Shown here: one piece after another, positions 13,847 to 26,060 of the stretch
How positions within the stretch are numbered: position 1 is the stretch's first letter
Layout: each line of letters starts with the position of its first letter
Source of the DNA: Octopus sinensis
Taxonomy: Eukaryota
Length of the DNA stretch: 64,000 bases
Direction of reading: 5' to 3'
Assembly: GCF_006345805.1 (NCBI RefSeq)
Contig: NC_042997.1
Coordinates: 40,548,001-40,612,000 of the forward strand
The notes under the pieces: model-generated
Database searches by the model: none
What the model was told of the DNA's origin: nothing
What the model saw: the letters and a program-made list of their open reading frames with translations, nothing else
Position numbers and translations under genes: made by a program

Positions 13847-14458
13847 ATACAGCGCGAGGTAAAAAGAGAGAGAAACTGAGGGGGGGAAGAAAGAATGAAA
13901 CAGAGGTGTTCATACATATATTCATACACTCAGGTACACACACAATACACCCATAGGCGCACGAATATATGATAGCGTATAAACCTACAGTAATATATTC
14001 ACTTGTAAGGTTTGTCATCGTATGTTAATATTAGCGTTGATAATGCATGGCTAGTAACTCGTACTTTGAAGCGTAGTTATTTGATTATGTAAGTGCTGTT
14101 AGAAGGAAAAGGCACATATGTTCCGAATATACATTTCCGAGATTCATAAGAAAGAGTAGATATTGGCTATGAGCTAGATTAATTGGCGGCGGGAGTTAAA
14201 GGAGAGAGAATCTCTTATTTTGGATCATAATATCAACAGAATCAAACGGAATGCTGTCGGCGGACTTTCTTTGTACACCTCGCTTTGCATGTGGAAGCGT
14301 TGCCTTATGCATTATACAAACGAACATATGCGCTTTCATAAATATACACGCTTTTCGGCAATAGATATGATATACGCATGAACATATATGTGTACGCGTA
14401 TGTATATATATATGTGTGTGTGTGTGTGCATGCGCGTGTGTGTGTGTATGTGTGTGTG

Positions 14459-14490
<32 letters not shown>

Positions 14491-14496
<6 letters not shown>

Positions 14497-14678
14497 TATA
14501 TAGAAGGAGCTTCTACAGGACTAGAACTGTTTCATTCAAGAGAAATCTTCCTGAAGATTTCTCTTGAATGAAACAGTTCTAGTCCTGTAGAAGCTCCTTC
14601 TATATAATAAATTAATTTTACTCTACTATGTATTGAGTACCTTATTTACTGTGGTTAACCCCGAATCAACCCGGGACC

Positions 14679-14682
<4 letters not shown>
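14491..14682 (+). mobile_element. Short PLE-like insert in (TA)n with perfect 60-bp-arm palindrome and a 5'-truncated HHR core
   Basis: Arms 14491-14550 and 14553-14612 are exact reverse complements around a 2-nt loop. CTGAAGA (14551)-tttctcttgaat-GAAAC.. followed by a unique tail. Confidence 0.75.
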
Positions 14683-14748
<66 letters not shown>

Positions 14749-14956
14749 TGTATATATATATACAGGCACAGGTATGCCAATATGGTAAAAAGCTTGCTTC
14801 CCAACCACTTGGTTCAAGGTTCAATCTCACTGCGTGGCACCTTGGGAAATTGTCTTCTGTTACAACCTTCGTCAGATCAAAAACTTGTGAGTGGAGTTGG
14901 TAGACGGAAACTGAAAGAAGCCCATCGTGTATATATATATATTTACATACACACAC

Positions 14957-15025
<69 letters not shown>

Positions 15026-15421
15026 TGTGTATATGTGTCTTTGCATCTGTGTTTCTCTCCCCAACATCGCTTGACAATTAGTATTGGTGTGTTTACTTCC
15101 CCATAACCTAGCGGTTCGGCAAAGAGACCGATAGAATAAGTACTCTACTTAAAGATAAGTCGTGAAGTCAAATTGCTTGACAAAAACACTTCAAGGCGGT
15201 GCTACAGCATGGCCGTAGTGAAACGACTGAAACAAGGGCTGAATGAAGAATAGGATCTGCTGAAAAGTTGACATCAAAACGTTAGACGATAACAAGTGAA
15301 TTTTGAATTTGTTTCTCTCTCATCTGTGTTGACTGCTTGCTTGTTCAGTTATCTAAGTCTGCGCCTCTATCTAAATGTATCGCTCTACCTATCTATCTAT
15401 TATCTTTCTATTCATTCACAT

Positions 15422-15489
<68 letters not shown>

Positions 15490-15582
15490 TGCATAAACAC
15501 ATAAATATATACCTTTATCTCTATGTGTAAACATATATATATGTGTGTGTGGTATATATATATATATTATATATATATATAT

Positions 15583-15631
<49 letters not shown>

Positions 15632-16234
15632 ATACAGCGCGAGGTAAAAAGAGAGAGAAACTGAGGGGGGAAGAAAGAATGAAACAGAGGTGTTCATACA
15701 TATATTCATACACTCAGGTACACACACAATACACCCATAGGCGCACGAATATATGATAGCGTATAAACCTACAGTAATATATTCACTTGTAAGGTTTGTC
15801 ATCGTATGTTAATATTAGCGTTGATAATGCATGGCTAGTAACTCGTACTTTGAAGCGTAGTTATTTGATTATGTAAGTGCTGTTAGAAGGAAAAGGCACA
15901 TATGTTCCGAATATACATTTCCGAGATTCATAAGAAAGAGTAGATATTGGCTATGAGCTAGATTAATTGGCGGCGGGAGTTAAAGGAGAGAGAATCTCTT
16001 ATTTTGGATCATAATATCAACAGAATCAAACGGAATGCTGTCGGCGGACTTTCTTTGTACACCTCGCTTTGCATGTGGAAGCGTTGCCTTATGCATTATA
16101 CAAACGAACATATGCGCTTTCATAAATATACACGCTTTTCGGCAATAGATATGATATACGCATGAACATATATGTGTACGCGTATGTATATATATGTGTG
16201 TGTGTGTGTGTGTGCATGCGCGTGTGTGTGTGTA

Positions 16235-16273
<39 letters not shown>

Positions 16274-16279
<6 letters not shown>

Positions 16280-16465
16280 TATATAGAAGGAGCTTCTACA
16301 GGACTAGAACTGTTTCATTCAAGAGAAATCTTCCTGAAGATTTCTCTTGAATGAAACAGTTCTAGTCCTGTAGAAGCTCCTTCTATATAATAAATTAATT
16401 TTACTCTACTATGTATTGAGTACCTTATTTACTGTGGTTAACCCCGAATCAACCCGGGACCTACA
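16274..16465 (+). mobile_element. Duplicate copy of the 14491 palindromic insert
   Basis: Identical sequence inside the tandem duplication. Confidence 0.75.
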
Positions 16466-16473
16466 TATATATA

Positions 16474-16522
<49 letters not shown>

Positions 16523-16723
16523 TGTATATATATATACAGGCACAGGTATGCCAATATGGTAAAAAGCTTGCTTCCCAACCACTTGGTTCAAGGTTCAATC
16601 TCACTGCGTGGCACCTTGGGAATTGTCTTCTGTTACAACCTTCGTCAGATCAAAAACTTGTGAGTGGAGTTGGTAGACGGAAACTGAAAGAAGCCCATCG
16701 TGTATATATATATATATTTACAT

Positions 16724-16787
<64 letters not shown>

Positions 16788-17223
16788 TATATATATATGC
16801 GTGTGTATATGTGTCTTTGCATCTGTGTTTCTCTCCCCAACATCGCTTGACAATTAGTATTGGTGTGTTTACTTCCCCATAACCTAGCGGTTCGGCAAAG
16901 AGACCGATAGAATAAGTACTCTACTTAAAGATAAGTCGTGAAGTCAAATTGCTTGACAAAAACACTTCAAGGCGGTGCTACAGCATGGCCGTAGTGAAAC
17001 GACTGAAACAAGGGCTGAATGAAGAATAGGATCTGCTGAAAAGTTGACATCAAAACGTTAGACGATAACAAGTGAATTTTGAATTTGTTTCTCTCTCATC
17101 TGTGTTGACTGCTTGCTTGTTCAGTTATCTAAGTCTGCGCCTCTATCTAAATGTATCGCTCTACCTATCTATCTATTTATCTTTCTATTCATCACATACA
17201 CATACATACATAATATATATATA

Positions 17224-17270
<47 letters not shown>

Positions 17271-17277
<7 letters not shown>

Positions 17278-17391
17278 ATCACGTGACGGACCAGACCATC
17301 AGATGTTGTTACACATCGCTGGTCACAATGCGTTCGCATCGTTTTAGCCTTCGAATGACGCCACCCCGTTGGCTAAGTGAGCAGGCCAACA
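17271..17391 (-). repeat. Short structured repeat fragment in (TA)n, homologous to 45532-45640
   Basis: Reverse complement ..gtcattcgaaggct..cgcattgtgaccagcgatgtgtaacaacatctgatggtctggtc aligns with ..atcatttgaaggct..cgcattgtccccaagggggtataactgcatccgagagtctgggtc. Confidence 0.55.
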
Positions 17392-17395
17392 TATA

Positions 17396-17437
<42 letters not shown>

Positions 17438-18249
17438 TATAATATATATATATATACATACATACATACATACATATATATATATATATACATACATACA
17501 TGCACACACACGCATGCAACCACACACGCACACACACATGCAAACATACACGCACACACGCTTGTGATATTAAACGTCGTTGGATTAACACCAAACGTTT
17601 TGTTTTCTTAATCTGTGTTATAGGCACGTTTGCGTATCAGATCTCATTATTCATCAGCCTGTTGATTACTGCCAGATTTTCTTTTCCAAGCAATACGTTA
17701 AAATACATAATTGAAATTTATAAACCGGACAACCATTGCGATCTCACAGGTTGTCGACAAGTAAACATTACACCGTATGTAATGAATAAATATGTGCACA
17801 CAGCCTTATACATGAACATTTAGACTCGCTATGAAATTGAGCCCAGTGGTTGTACCATATGACTCAATTTTACAGCAAATTTAAATACCTATGTTTATAG
17901 TTTCATACATCTGATTATGTATGAATTTTAGTACAAGTTTCAGGCACTGTGGTCAGAGAGGGGCATAGCTTATTATATCGGTTCCAGTTCCAGTAGTTTG
18001 CCTGATATGTGATTTATGAATAAAGGGAAACCACGGATTTTGCTATACTTCGCTGTCCATCTACAATAAGCGTAACTTCGTGCCCGTGTGCGTGTCTGTA
18101 TTTATTCATTGGAGGCATCCATCAGTTTCACTTGTGATTGTAGACACCCACACGTGAGTGACAATCCTGGTTGTAGTGACTGCATTTAATGTACTGATTT
18201 GTAGTGAAGCTATATTTCCTTCATTTTGCTTTCCTTCCTCAACAAACTT

Positions 18250-19260
18250 CAGTTTTTCCTCTTCTTAAACGTCTGCATTGGAGCGATCACCAGTGATGTT
18301 CTCTCAGCTTTCGACATGCAAGTAAAGAGACTCCATGTCTATATTGCAGGCCTCTTCGAAACGAAAACAGGATCGTCTCTGAGTTTCTTTTCCCTTGCCA
18401 AAGCCAGTTTCCCAAGCAGTGAGACTTTTGGGACCCTCCCTTTAAACATACTGTGTATGTACATAATCCAGTCCCCTGTCCGTAGAGGTGTCGGGATTGT
18501 TGTGCGAAAACGAAGCTAGTGATCTGGGCACGAGCTAGTATCTCATTGGTGACTCAGGTAGTCCGCATAATATCCAGGATCCAAGGCACTTTATTTCACG
18601 TTACTCCAGTTACTCAGCTGGCAAAATTGAGTGGTGCCTGTATTTCAGTGGGTTAGCCTTGTCACACTCTGTGTCACGCTGAATCTCCCTGAGAACTACG
18701 TTAAGGGTAAGCGTGTTTATGGAATGCACAACCTTTTGCACGTTAATTTCACGAACAGGCTGTTCCGTTAATCGGACCAACTGGAACCCTTGTCGTCGTA
18801 ACCGACGGAGTGCCAGTAAATGTTTGTTAAACACAGTTCATAGACTGTGCAAAATTCAAGCAACTATTGCCCGTTGTCATTTATGCTGTCGTGCATGAAC
18901 AATGTTGTAGATGATATGGGACTGTTTTAGGGACTTCAGCTCCGATATTTCTTCACTTTTATTCCTGAATCTATTCTCATTGATGTGCATAACTGCAAGG
19001 CTGCAAAGGTTTGAAACCGGGGTTTGCCATCTCTTAGGTGACGGACTACTCCACGCAGAGGCGTTGTATCAAACCGAAGCATTGGTTTTTAAGCGCTTTT
19101 AAAATCACTAGTTTTAAAATGCCACATTTCACCATTGGCCTCTTTACCTGTCAGCAAAAACAGTTCTGCTTTACTTACATGTTAAGATATGCGAGAAGGT
19201 CACGTATTAGACTTTTTTGGAAGAAGCTGCTTGAGAGGTTTATCATGAAAATGATTTCTT
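18250..19260 (+). mobile_element. Decayed LINE apurinic-endonuclease (APE) domain, interrupted by a SINE C
   Basis: ORF 18226-18519 contains LNV..IAGLFETK and RGVGIVVRK (APE motifs); a degenerate continuation follows 18820. Confidence 0.5.
18585..18815 (+). mobile_element. SINE family C, 5'-truncated
   Basis: Matches the body and tail of the copy at 42152. Confidence 0.8.
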
Positions 19261-19562
19261 AGAAGCTAAAGCTTATCCTCACTACCACTCCTTCGTCTGG
19301 TTATACGTATATCTGCGTATACATATACACTCGCATATACTACATATACATGTGAGTGTGCATGCGCGCATGTGTGAATGTGCATGTACACGTAAGGCCA
19401 GCTGCAATATTCCAGCGAGTATTGCTTAGCAACGTGTGTCATGCTTTCGCTAATTGTTTTAGGTGCCTTTGTAGTCGGAAATAGTCATAGACACGCTCTG
19501 GTACACCTCGATCTTCATCCGGTGGCATATTATGGATGTGACAGTTGGAGAGATAGATCGAT

Positions 19563-19600
<38 letters not shown>

Positions 19601-20181
19601 AAGAAAGAAAGAGACAGTGAGAAAGAGAGAGAGAGAGAGAGAAAGAAAGGAAGAAAGAAAAAAAGAAAGAAAGTAGCACCAGTAACCAGCTAGTGCAACG
19701 TGAAATGAGGTGCCTTACTCAGGTACTCAACGCTCTATCCTATTTGGGAATTGAACCCACGACGTTATGATCGTGAGGTGGATGCTCTACCTACAAGACG
19801 ACTTGCCTTCACACACATGCACTCAGAGAGAGAGAAGGGGGAAAGAGATACATATATATGAGCATATGCACAGTAATACCTCGCTTTACGAGTTTCAATT
19901 TGCAGCTAACTTTTGTATAGTGAGCTGAAATTTTTCAAGCGCAAGATCCTAATTTTGAACGAAATGAAAAAAGTCTCTACTATTATATATTATAATAAAT
20001 GCTTCTGCGTGTTACCGGGAAATTTATAGAGAGAAATTTATGGAGAACTTCTAAGCAAACGCCTCTAGATTTGCTTTCTAAAAAGATTTCTATCCGTCTA
20101 CGAGTGCTTGTGAATCGGCGATTGCGTCTACAAGTGATGGTGTGCGCGAGTCTATTGTGCATCCAAGTGATTCAGAAAACG

Positions 20182-20219
<38 letters not shown>

Positions 20220-21257
20220 CGACATTCTTTTTACTTTGCATAAAACATTATTTACATTCAACTCTTGTGCTATTGCCATTTATTTGCGAATACAATAATT
20301 TTTATAGGTGAACTATTTCTTCGGAAACAGATTACGATTTATAACATTGCTATGGGAAGTTATTGCTCTGCTTTCCGAATTTTCGCTTTACGAGTGGTCT
20401 TCGGTAACAAATAAATTTGTATATCGAGGCATTACCGTATATAGATATCTATGTTACAAGACTCTGGTCGCCACCAAGTTCATGCGACTATAAATTCATG
20501 CAAATATTCATGCAACCATATATGTGCCTACACACACACACACACACACGCACACATATATATATATATAAGCATGTGTGTGTGTGTGTTTGTATGTATG
20601 TTCATATGTATATATGCGCGAGAACATCTAATATGCTCATGGAATCATGAAGTCGTAACGTGTTTTACTGGCACCTTTTAGAATCTGAAAGCATTTACTG
20701 AATAATACATGGCAAGATGATAATATATTACACATATGGTAATATTTTATTCACTAACAAACATATCCAAACAGCGTTCACACAGTAGCATAATATACAC
20801 TTATGTGTGCATAGCGTGTATATCTGAATGTGTGGCTGTGCATGCGTGTACCTCCTCGTATGCAACATAAATCTCTAAATAAAAGCATATAAAATTTAGA
20901 TGCTTTTATATATAGATTTATGTTTATAATCATGTACGCACGTAGGGAAACCTACACTATGAATTTGGGAGAGTAGTTTAATTTGATGGACTTCTTGATC
21001 AATATATAATAGAAATTTCTGTCGCTCTGTACATTTATTACGTCTATGAATAGCGACGTGAATAAACGTCAATAGATAGATATTTGTCATTTCAGATAAA
21101 GTGTACACTTAGCAGCATCTGTGCTCAGTTTATTTTGCGTCTATAAATTCATATAAAATATAAGAAAACAACATTGGAGGCAGTCACAATCGATTTGCTA
21201 TGGCAATTCATTCTGAAAGTATTTCAATTATTATCAACTGTAAATAAATATAGTTTC

Positions 21258-21308
<51 letters not shown>

Positions 21309-21384
21309 GCATGTATGTATATATGTATGTATGTATGTATATATGTATGTATGTATGTATGTATTATGTATGCATGCATATGTG

Positions 21385-21421
<37 letters not shown>

Positions 21422-21439
21422 TTAGATAGATAGATAGAT

Positions 21440-21501
<62 letters not shown>

Positions 21502-22069
21502 GTGAGTGTATTTATACATGTATGTATATACGTATATGTGGGTGAGTGTGTATCTAGCAATCTACACACGCAAATATACACACACACATGCGCACACACA
21601 TACACACATACACACACACACACACACAATGTTTTCTGCGTTATGAATGTTACTTCTGAACGCATTTTGAAAAGGAATGAATGAATTCCGCATGGCAACT
21701 ATTTTATTTTTGTAGAATTCTAAACAATCTGCTTTGTGATGCTTAGCTCTGAACATTCTTAGCGTTAAAAATGCACTCTGCGTCGACTTTACTTTTTATC
21801 CCTGCGGGGTAAATAAATATGTACCCATGAGTCATATGATACTGGTAGTCGATTCAACATTGTCAGAGTAAGAAGAGACGCACTCATACATCGAGCGATC
21901 GGCGAGCTCACCCGCTCTCTAAAGTTCATCCGGTGTTTCTGCTCCCAAGCCAAAAGAGTCTCTACCAGCCTGTGGATTCCTCTCATAAACCATTCCTAAA
22001 CCATGATTGCTCAATAAGTTATCCTGTTTTAACAACCTCAGCAAAAATCAACTATTGAGATATTAAGTA

Positions 22070-22462
22070 CTAGCAGTATCGCCCGGCGTTGCTCGGGTTT
22101 GTAAGGGAAATAACTATATAAGCATTTTTAGAGAGTTATAGCCAAAAATAGCAAAAAAATGCACTGAAAATGGAAAAAAAATTATGGTAAATTTTTTTTT
22201 AAATCGTTGATTCATCGTAGACATTTTTAGAGTTACTTCCCAATAGCGAAAAAAATGCATTAAAATGGAAAAAAATGATGGTAATTTTTTTTTTAAATCG
22301 TAGATTCATCGTAGACGCGCGCTAATACCCAGAAGGGCTCGATATGAATCACGACTATAAGATACCCGCTTTTGGTTACACTGCACCGCAAAATGTGGGA
22401 GTAGTTAGGAATCTAAATCGTAGGAGACAGACAGCACACAACCTTACTTTTATATATAAAGA
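22070..22462 (-). mobile_element. Non-autonomous Helitron
   Basis: On the minus strand it starts TCTTTATATATAAAAG and ends with a GC hairpin (cccgagcaacgccggg) then CTAG. Inserted between A and T with no TSD. Confidence 0.8.
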
Positions 22463-22739
22463 TTAAGTCACTTCTGGTTTATTCAAATCACAACGTTAAC
22501 AGTCCCGTAACAATGTGTTTTCCGTTCACCACGAACAGTAAACCTCAGAACTATCTTCTTCTTCACGCAAAACTGTTAGCTCTTTTCTGTCTCTTTATAA
22601 TTTATCGTAATGTTTGGAAACATGATATAGTGTACCCAATACAAAAGTAAGGTCACCTCTCTGAAATGACCAACACTCTTGCTATGGCTCTGCTGACATT
22701 ACGAGAGTAGTGGGAAATCTTTAACAGCTTCAGACTCTA

Positions 22740-24510
22740 TTAGTTAGTTAGTTAATTTGGCTCAAAAGCAAATAGCAAGGCCATGTAGGGGGACATGGAG
22801 TTAAGTACAGGGTGGTGTTCATGTAAAGAGTTCAGGCCACTTGAGGTCAAGGGAGGCTTTGAACAAAGCGGTCGTCGGCATCTTCACCATCTCGTCTGGC
22901 AGCTTGTTCCACGGATCCGCAACCCGGACGGAGAAAGCTCCTCTCCTTCGATTGAGATGAAATCGTCGCAGGTAGAGCTTTTCAGAATGACCCCGCAGCC
23001 GACGCTCTGGAGCAGGAGTGAAGAACAGCTCTTTCGAGAGGTTACACTTTCCGCTTATGATGTTGTGGGCGAGAATGAGATCACCACGGCGGCGGCGTTT
23101 TTCAAGAGAATAAAGGTAAAGCGTCCTCAGCCTTTCTTCGTAGGACAAATTTTTGAGACCATGAACCATGCGGGTAGCCAGCTTCTGGACTCTTTCGAGA
23201 TGCTGTATGTCTTTGAGGAGATAAGAAGAGGCTTGAATCCCATACTCCAATATGGGTCTCACCAGCGTGACATAGAGTGGTAGGAATATGGCTGCTGTGA
23301 GCATTCCGAATGACCGTCGAATCAAGAACAGAATTCCGCGTGCTTTGTTGGCAGCATGGACGCACTGGGCCGAAGGCGAAAAGGAGGAATCCACCAAGAT
23401 ACCTAGGTCCTTTACCTGATCGGTCCTCTCCAGCAGCAGGCTCGAAATCAAGTTGAGTTGCAGGAGTAGAGCCGACAGGCAGATGACAGCACTTTGACAC
23501 GTTCAGACACAGGTCCCAATTGTTAGACCACTTCCAAATGTGGTGGAGGCATCGACGAAGATCCTCTATATTACCGCGAGGAGCCACCAGTTTGATATCG
23601 TCGGCAAATAGAAGGGTGTGTTGCGTGAGGTCGTCGGGCAAGTCATTTATGAAGACTAAGAACAACAAGGGCCCAAGCACTGAACCTTGAGGCACGCCAC
23701 TGCTCGCACTGGAGACGTCGGACCGTGAACCATTAACTTGGACTTGGAAGGAGCGATCTGAGAGGAAGGCACCAACCCATCGTACAATATCCGGATGGAA
23801 ACTATATGCTTGAAGCTTGACAAGCAATAGGCGGTGGTTTACCGAGTCAAAAGCTTTGGCAAAGTCCAGTAAAACGATGTCAACAGCATCACTATCATCG
23901 AGGATGCGCGTCACCAATTCTTCCATTACTAGTAGGTTGGTCAAGCATGATCTCTTCGGCACGAAGCCGTGTTGGGAATCAGAGATAGAGGCTGTGTTTA
24001 GGAGGTGGAGCATCATACTTTTCTTAAGGATGGTTTCGAACATCTTGCTGATAATTGATGTAAGGGAAACCGGTCGGTAGTTAAGCGGGTCTTCGCGGCT
24101 CCCTTTCTTGAAAATTGGGCAGATTATCGCTGTTCTCCAGTCTGCAGGTATAAAACCCGTCGCCAATGACATATTGAATAGTCGTGTTAAGGGCTCGCAG
24201 ATGACCGGAGCCAACGCTTCGATAACCCGTGGGTGTATGCCGTCAGGGCCGTGACCTTTGTTGACATCGAGGCCTTGAATAACACGTTTGACTTCGTCCC
24301 GCGTGATGACCAATCGAAGCATTGGAGGTACCGATCTATCAAATGGAGGGGGTTCACGACCATCATCTTGTTTGAAAATAGTTGAAAAAGCCTCGGCAAA
24401 TAATTGACTCTGTTGATAAGGGTCCTCAATCGATACGCCTGTTGAGTCTACCAACGTTGCAATCTGGTTGTTCAAGCGGGAATTCCGCTGGACATGGGCA
24501 AAGAAGGTTT
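22740..24510 (-). mobile_element. Young 5'-truncated CR1-like LINE
   Basis: RT ORFs at 23102-24475 and 22819-23451, short 3' UTR and (TAAC)n tail at about 22740-22755. Confidence 0.92.
22819..24475 (-). pseudogene. CR1-type ORF2 reverse transcriptase, frameshifted near 23440
   Basis: Motifs GPDGI, NYRPVSLTS, LDFAKAFDSV, GVPQGSVLGPLLF and FADD; the second frame has KDLGI, LEYG and RLRGH..WNKLP. Confidence 0.9.
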
Positions 24511-24863
24511 CTGTTCCCCGGATCGGAAACTATTCAGCCTCAATGATCACTATCAGTGTTTCTGCTGGAGGAAATCTCCTGCTACTCGTCAGTTGTCCCG
24601 CGACTTTGATAAATGACATTAAACTTGTTATCAGCAACACTTTAAATTATGAGCAACAATGAACATTCTATGGCAGAGCCTCTTACTTGTGGACTTCGCT
24701 TGACTCTGTTCCCTGGATCGGAAACTTCCTGTCAGGTCGTAGTATCACTTTGTGCGTGGAGGGAGATGTTTCTGAATATTATTTCTTCAGTTCAGGTGTG
24801 CTTCAAAGTCCTACTTTGGTTGTTGTATCTCCAGTACTTTTTCCTTCTGTATATGACCGACAT

Positions 24864-25019
24864 ACTTATTTACATTATTTACATTATTTACATTTAACGG
24901 ATATTTGTCCTCATCTTGTTTGTTGTTAACACAACGTTTCGGCTGATATACCCTCCAGGTTTCATCAGGTGTCTTGGGGAAATGAGAACCTGGGCTCTCA
25001 TTCCTAAGGTATTTTTCGA

Positions 25020-25084
<65 letters not shown>

Positions 25085-25235
25085 TCACTTCTTGGACTCG
25101 AACTCGGTATCTTGGGGTTAGTGGCCCGCGCTCTTAACCACTACGCCATATTTGACAAATATCCGTCCAATGTAAATAATGTAAATAATGTAAAAAATAT
25201 ACATAATACCTCATCTCTTAAATATAGGACTGTAT
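24864..25235 (-). mobile_element. tRNA-headed SINE-like element carrying an HHR motif, with an inverted copy of its 3' end upstream
   Basis: Minus strand: A box TGGCGTAGTGG (from 25148), B box GAGTTCGAGTCC (25094-25105), (AAT)n, HHR, then (TGTAAATAA)n tail. Inverted repeat at 24870-24909 and 25154-25193. Confidence 0.7.
24928..24973 (-). ncRNA. Minimal type I HHR motif with partly decayed stem II
   Basis: gacac-CTGATGA-aacCTG..CAGcc-GAAACGTT-gtgtt: stem I gacac/gtgtt, loopless palindromic ACGT stem III. Confidence 0.65.
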
Positions 25236-25544
25236 TACCAACGTGCTAGCTGTCACAACACATTACTGTGCAAACGTTACACGGGTGTCATTCACAAGCC
25301 AGCTTAACACTTCATATCACACCAACAATATTTCCATAAACATATACCTCGATATAGCTCCAATAGCACAAGACTCAATCCGTGTACATATTAGGGAGCC
25401 AATCCTTCCTTTTATTTTTTCTCGTGTTAGAAATGATACCACTAAATTCTCAAGGTCACTGCAAATGCTAAACCTCACGACCATTGAGGGATTCTCCTGG
25501 CGATTTCAGATTCTTACATTAAAATCTGCTGGCGTCGGTAATAA

Positions 25545-26060
25545 TGGTCTCAAATTTTGATACAAGACCAGCAGTTTCGGAGGATGGGTAAATCGATTAC
25601 ATCGACTCCGGTGCTCAACTGGTGCTTATTTTATCGACCCTGAAAAAATGAAAATCAAAGTCGACTTCAGTGGAATTTGAACTCAGAACGTAAAGACAGA
25701 CGAAATGTCGCTAATAATTTTGCCAGACGTGCTTACGATTTGCCAGCTTGCAGCCTGGCATCTACTAGCACTTCGTCGATTACGAAGACGAGGGTTCCAG
25801 CTGATTCGATCAACGGAGCAGCCTGCTCATAAAATTAACGAGCAAGTGGCTGAGGACTCCACAAACGCGTGTACATTAACATAGTTCTTATGGAGATTGC
25901 GCGTGACGCAGAATGTGTCAAGACTATCCATTTTTGCCATCTGGATTGGAGCAACGTAAAATGACGTGACTTACTCGAGGACACAACGTGCTGCCGAGAA
26001 TTGAATTCACGACCTTACAATCGCTAGCCGAATACCCTAACCATTAATCACTCGCCTTCA
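25545..26060 (-). mobile_element. Adjacent SINE B (25545-25755) and SINE C (25755-26060), both diverged
   Basis: Reverse-complement similarity to the copies at 40099 and 42152. Confidence 0.75.

Larger units (their letters stand above)
13640..17250. repeat. Tandem duplication, unit about 1.78 kb, containing the HHR palindrome and a SINE A (14764-15240; 16538-17015)
   Basis: gacacacatgcataaac at 13696 and 15482; units bounded by (TA)n. Confidence 0.9.
22465..24830 (+). mobile_element. Old, decayed L2/CR1-type RT relic, split by the young minus-strand LINE
   Basis: Left part: WKHDIVYPIQK*G (about 22615-22655). Right part: WIGNFLSGRSITLCVEGDVS..SGVLQ (ORF 24687-24929). These are RT motifs in collinear order. 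Confidence 0.55.

Noticed and set aside
15255-15292. ctgaaaagttgacatcaaaacgttag as an HHR
   Set aside because: Lacks both G8 and G12 and has no convincing stem I.
12826-17823. Numerous ORFs rich in YI, CV and HT repeats (and similar ORFs across the window)
   Set aside because: These are translations of (TA)n, (TG)n, (CA)n and (GATA)n microsatellites, not genes.
22795-24080. Plus-strand ORFs 22795-23283 and 23817-24080
   Set aside because: Antisense shadows of the CR1 RT.
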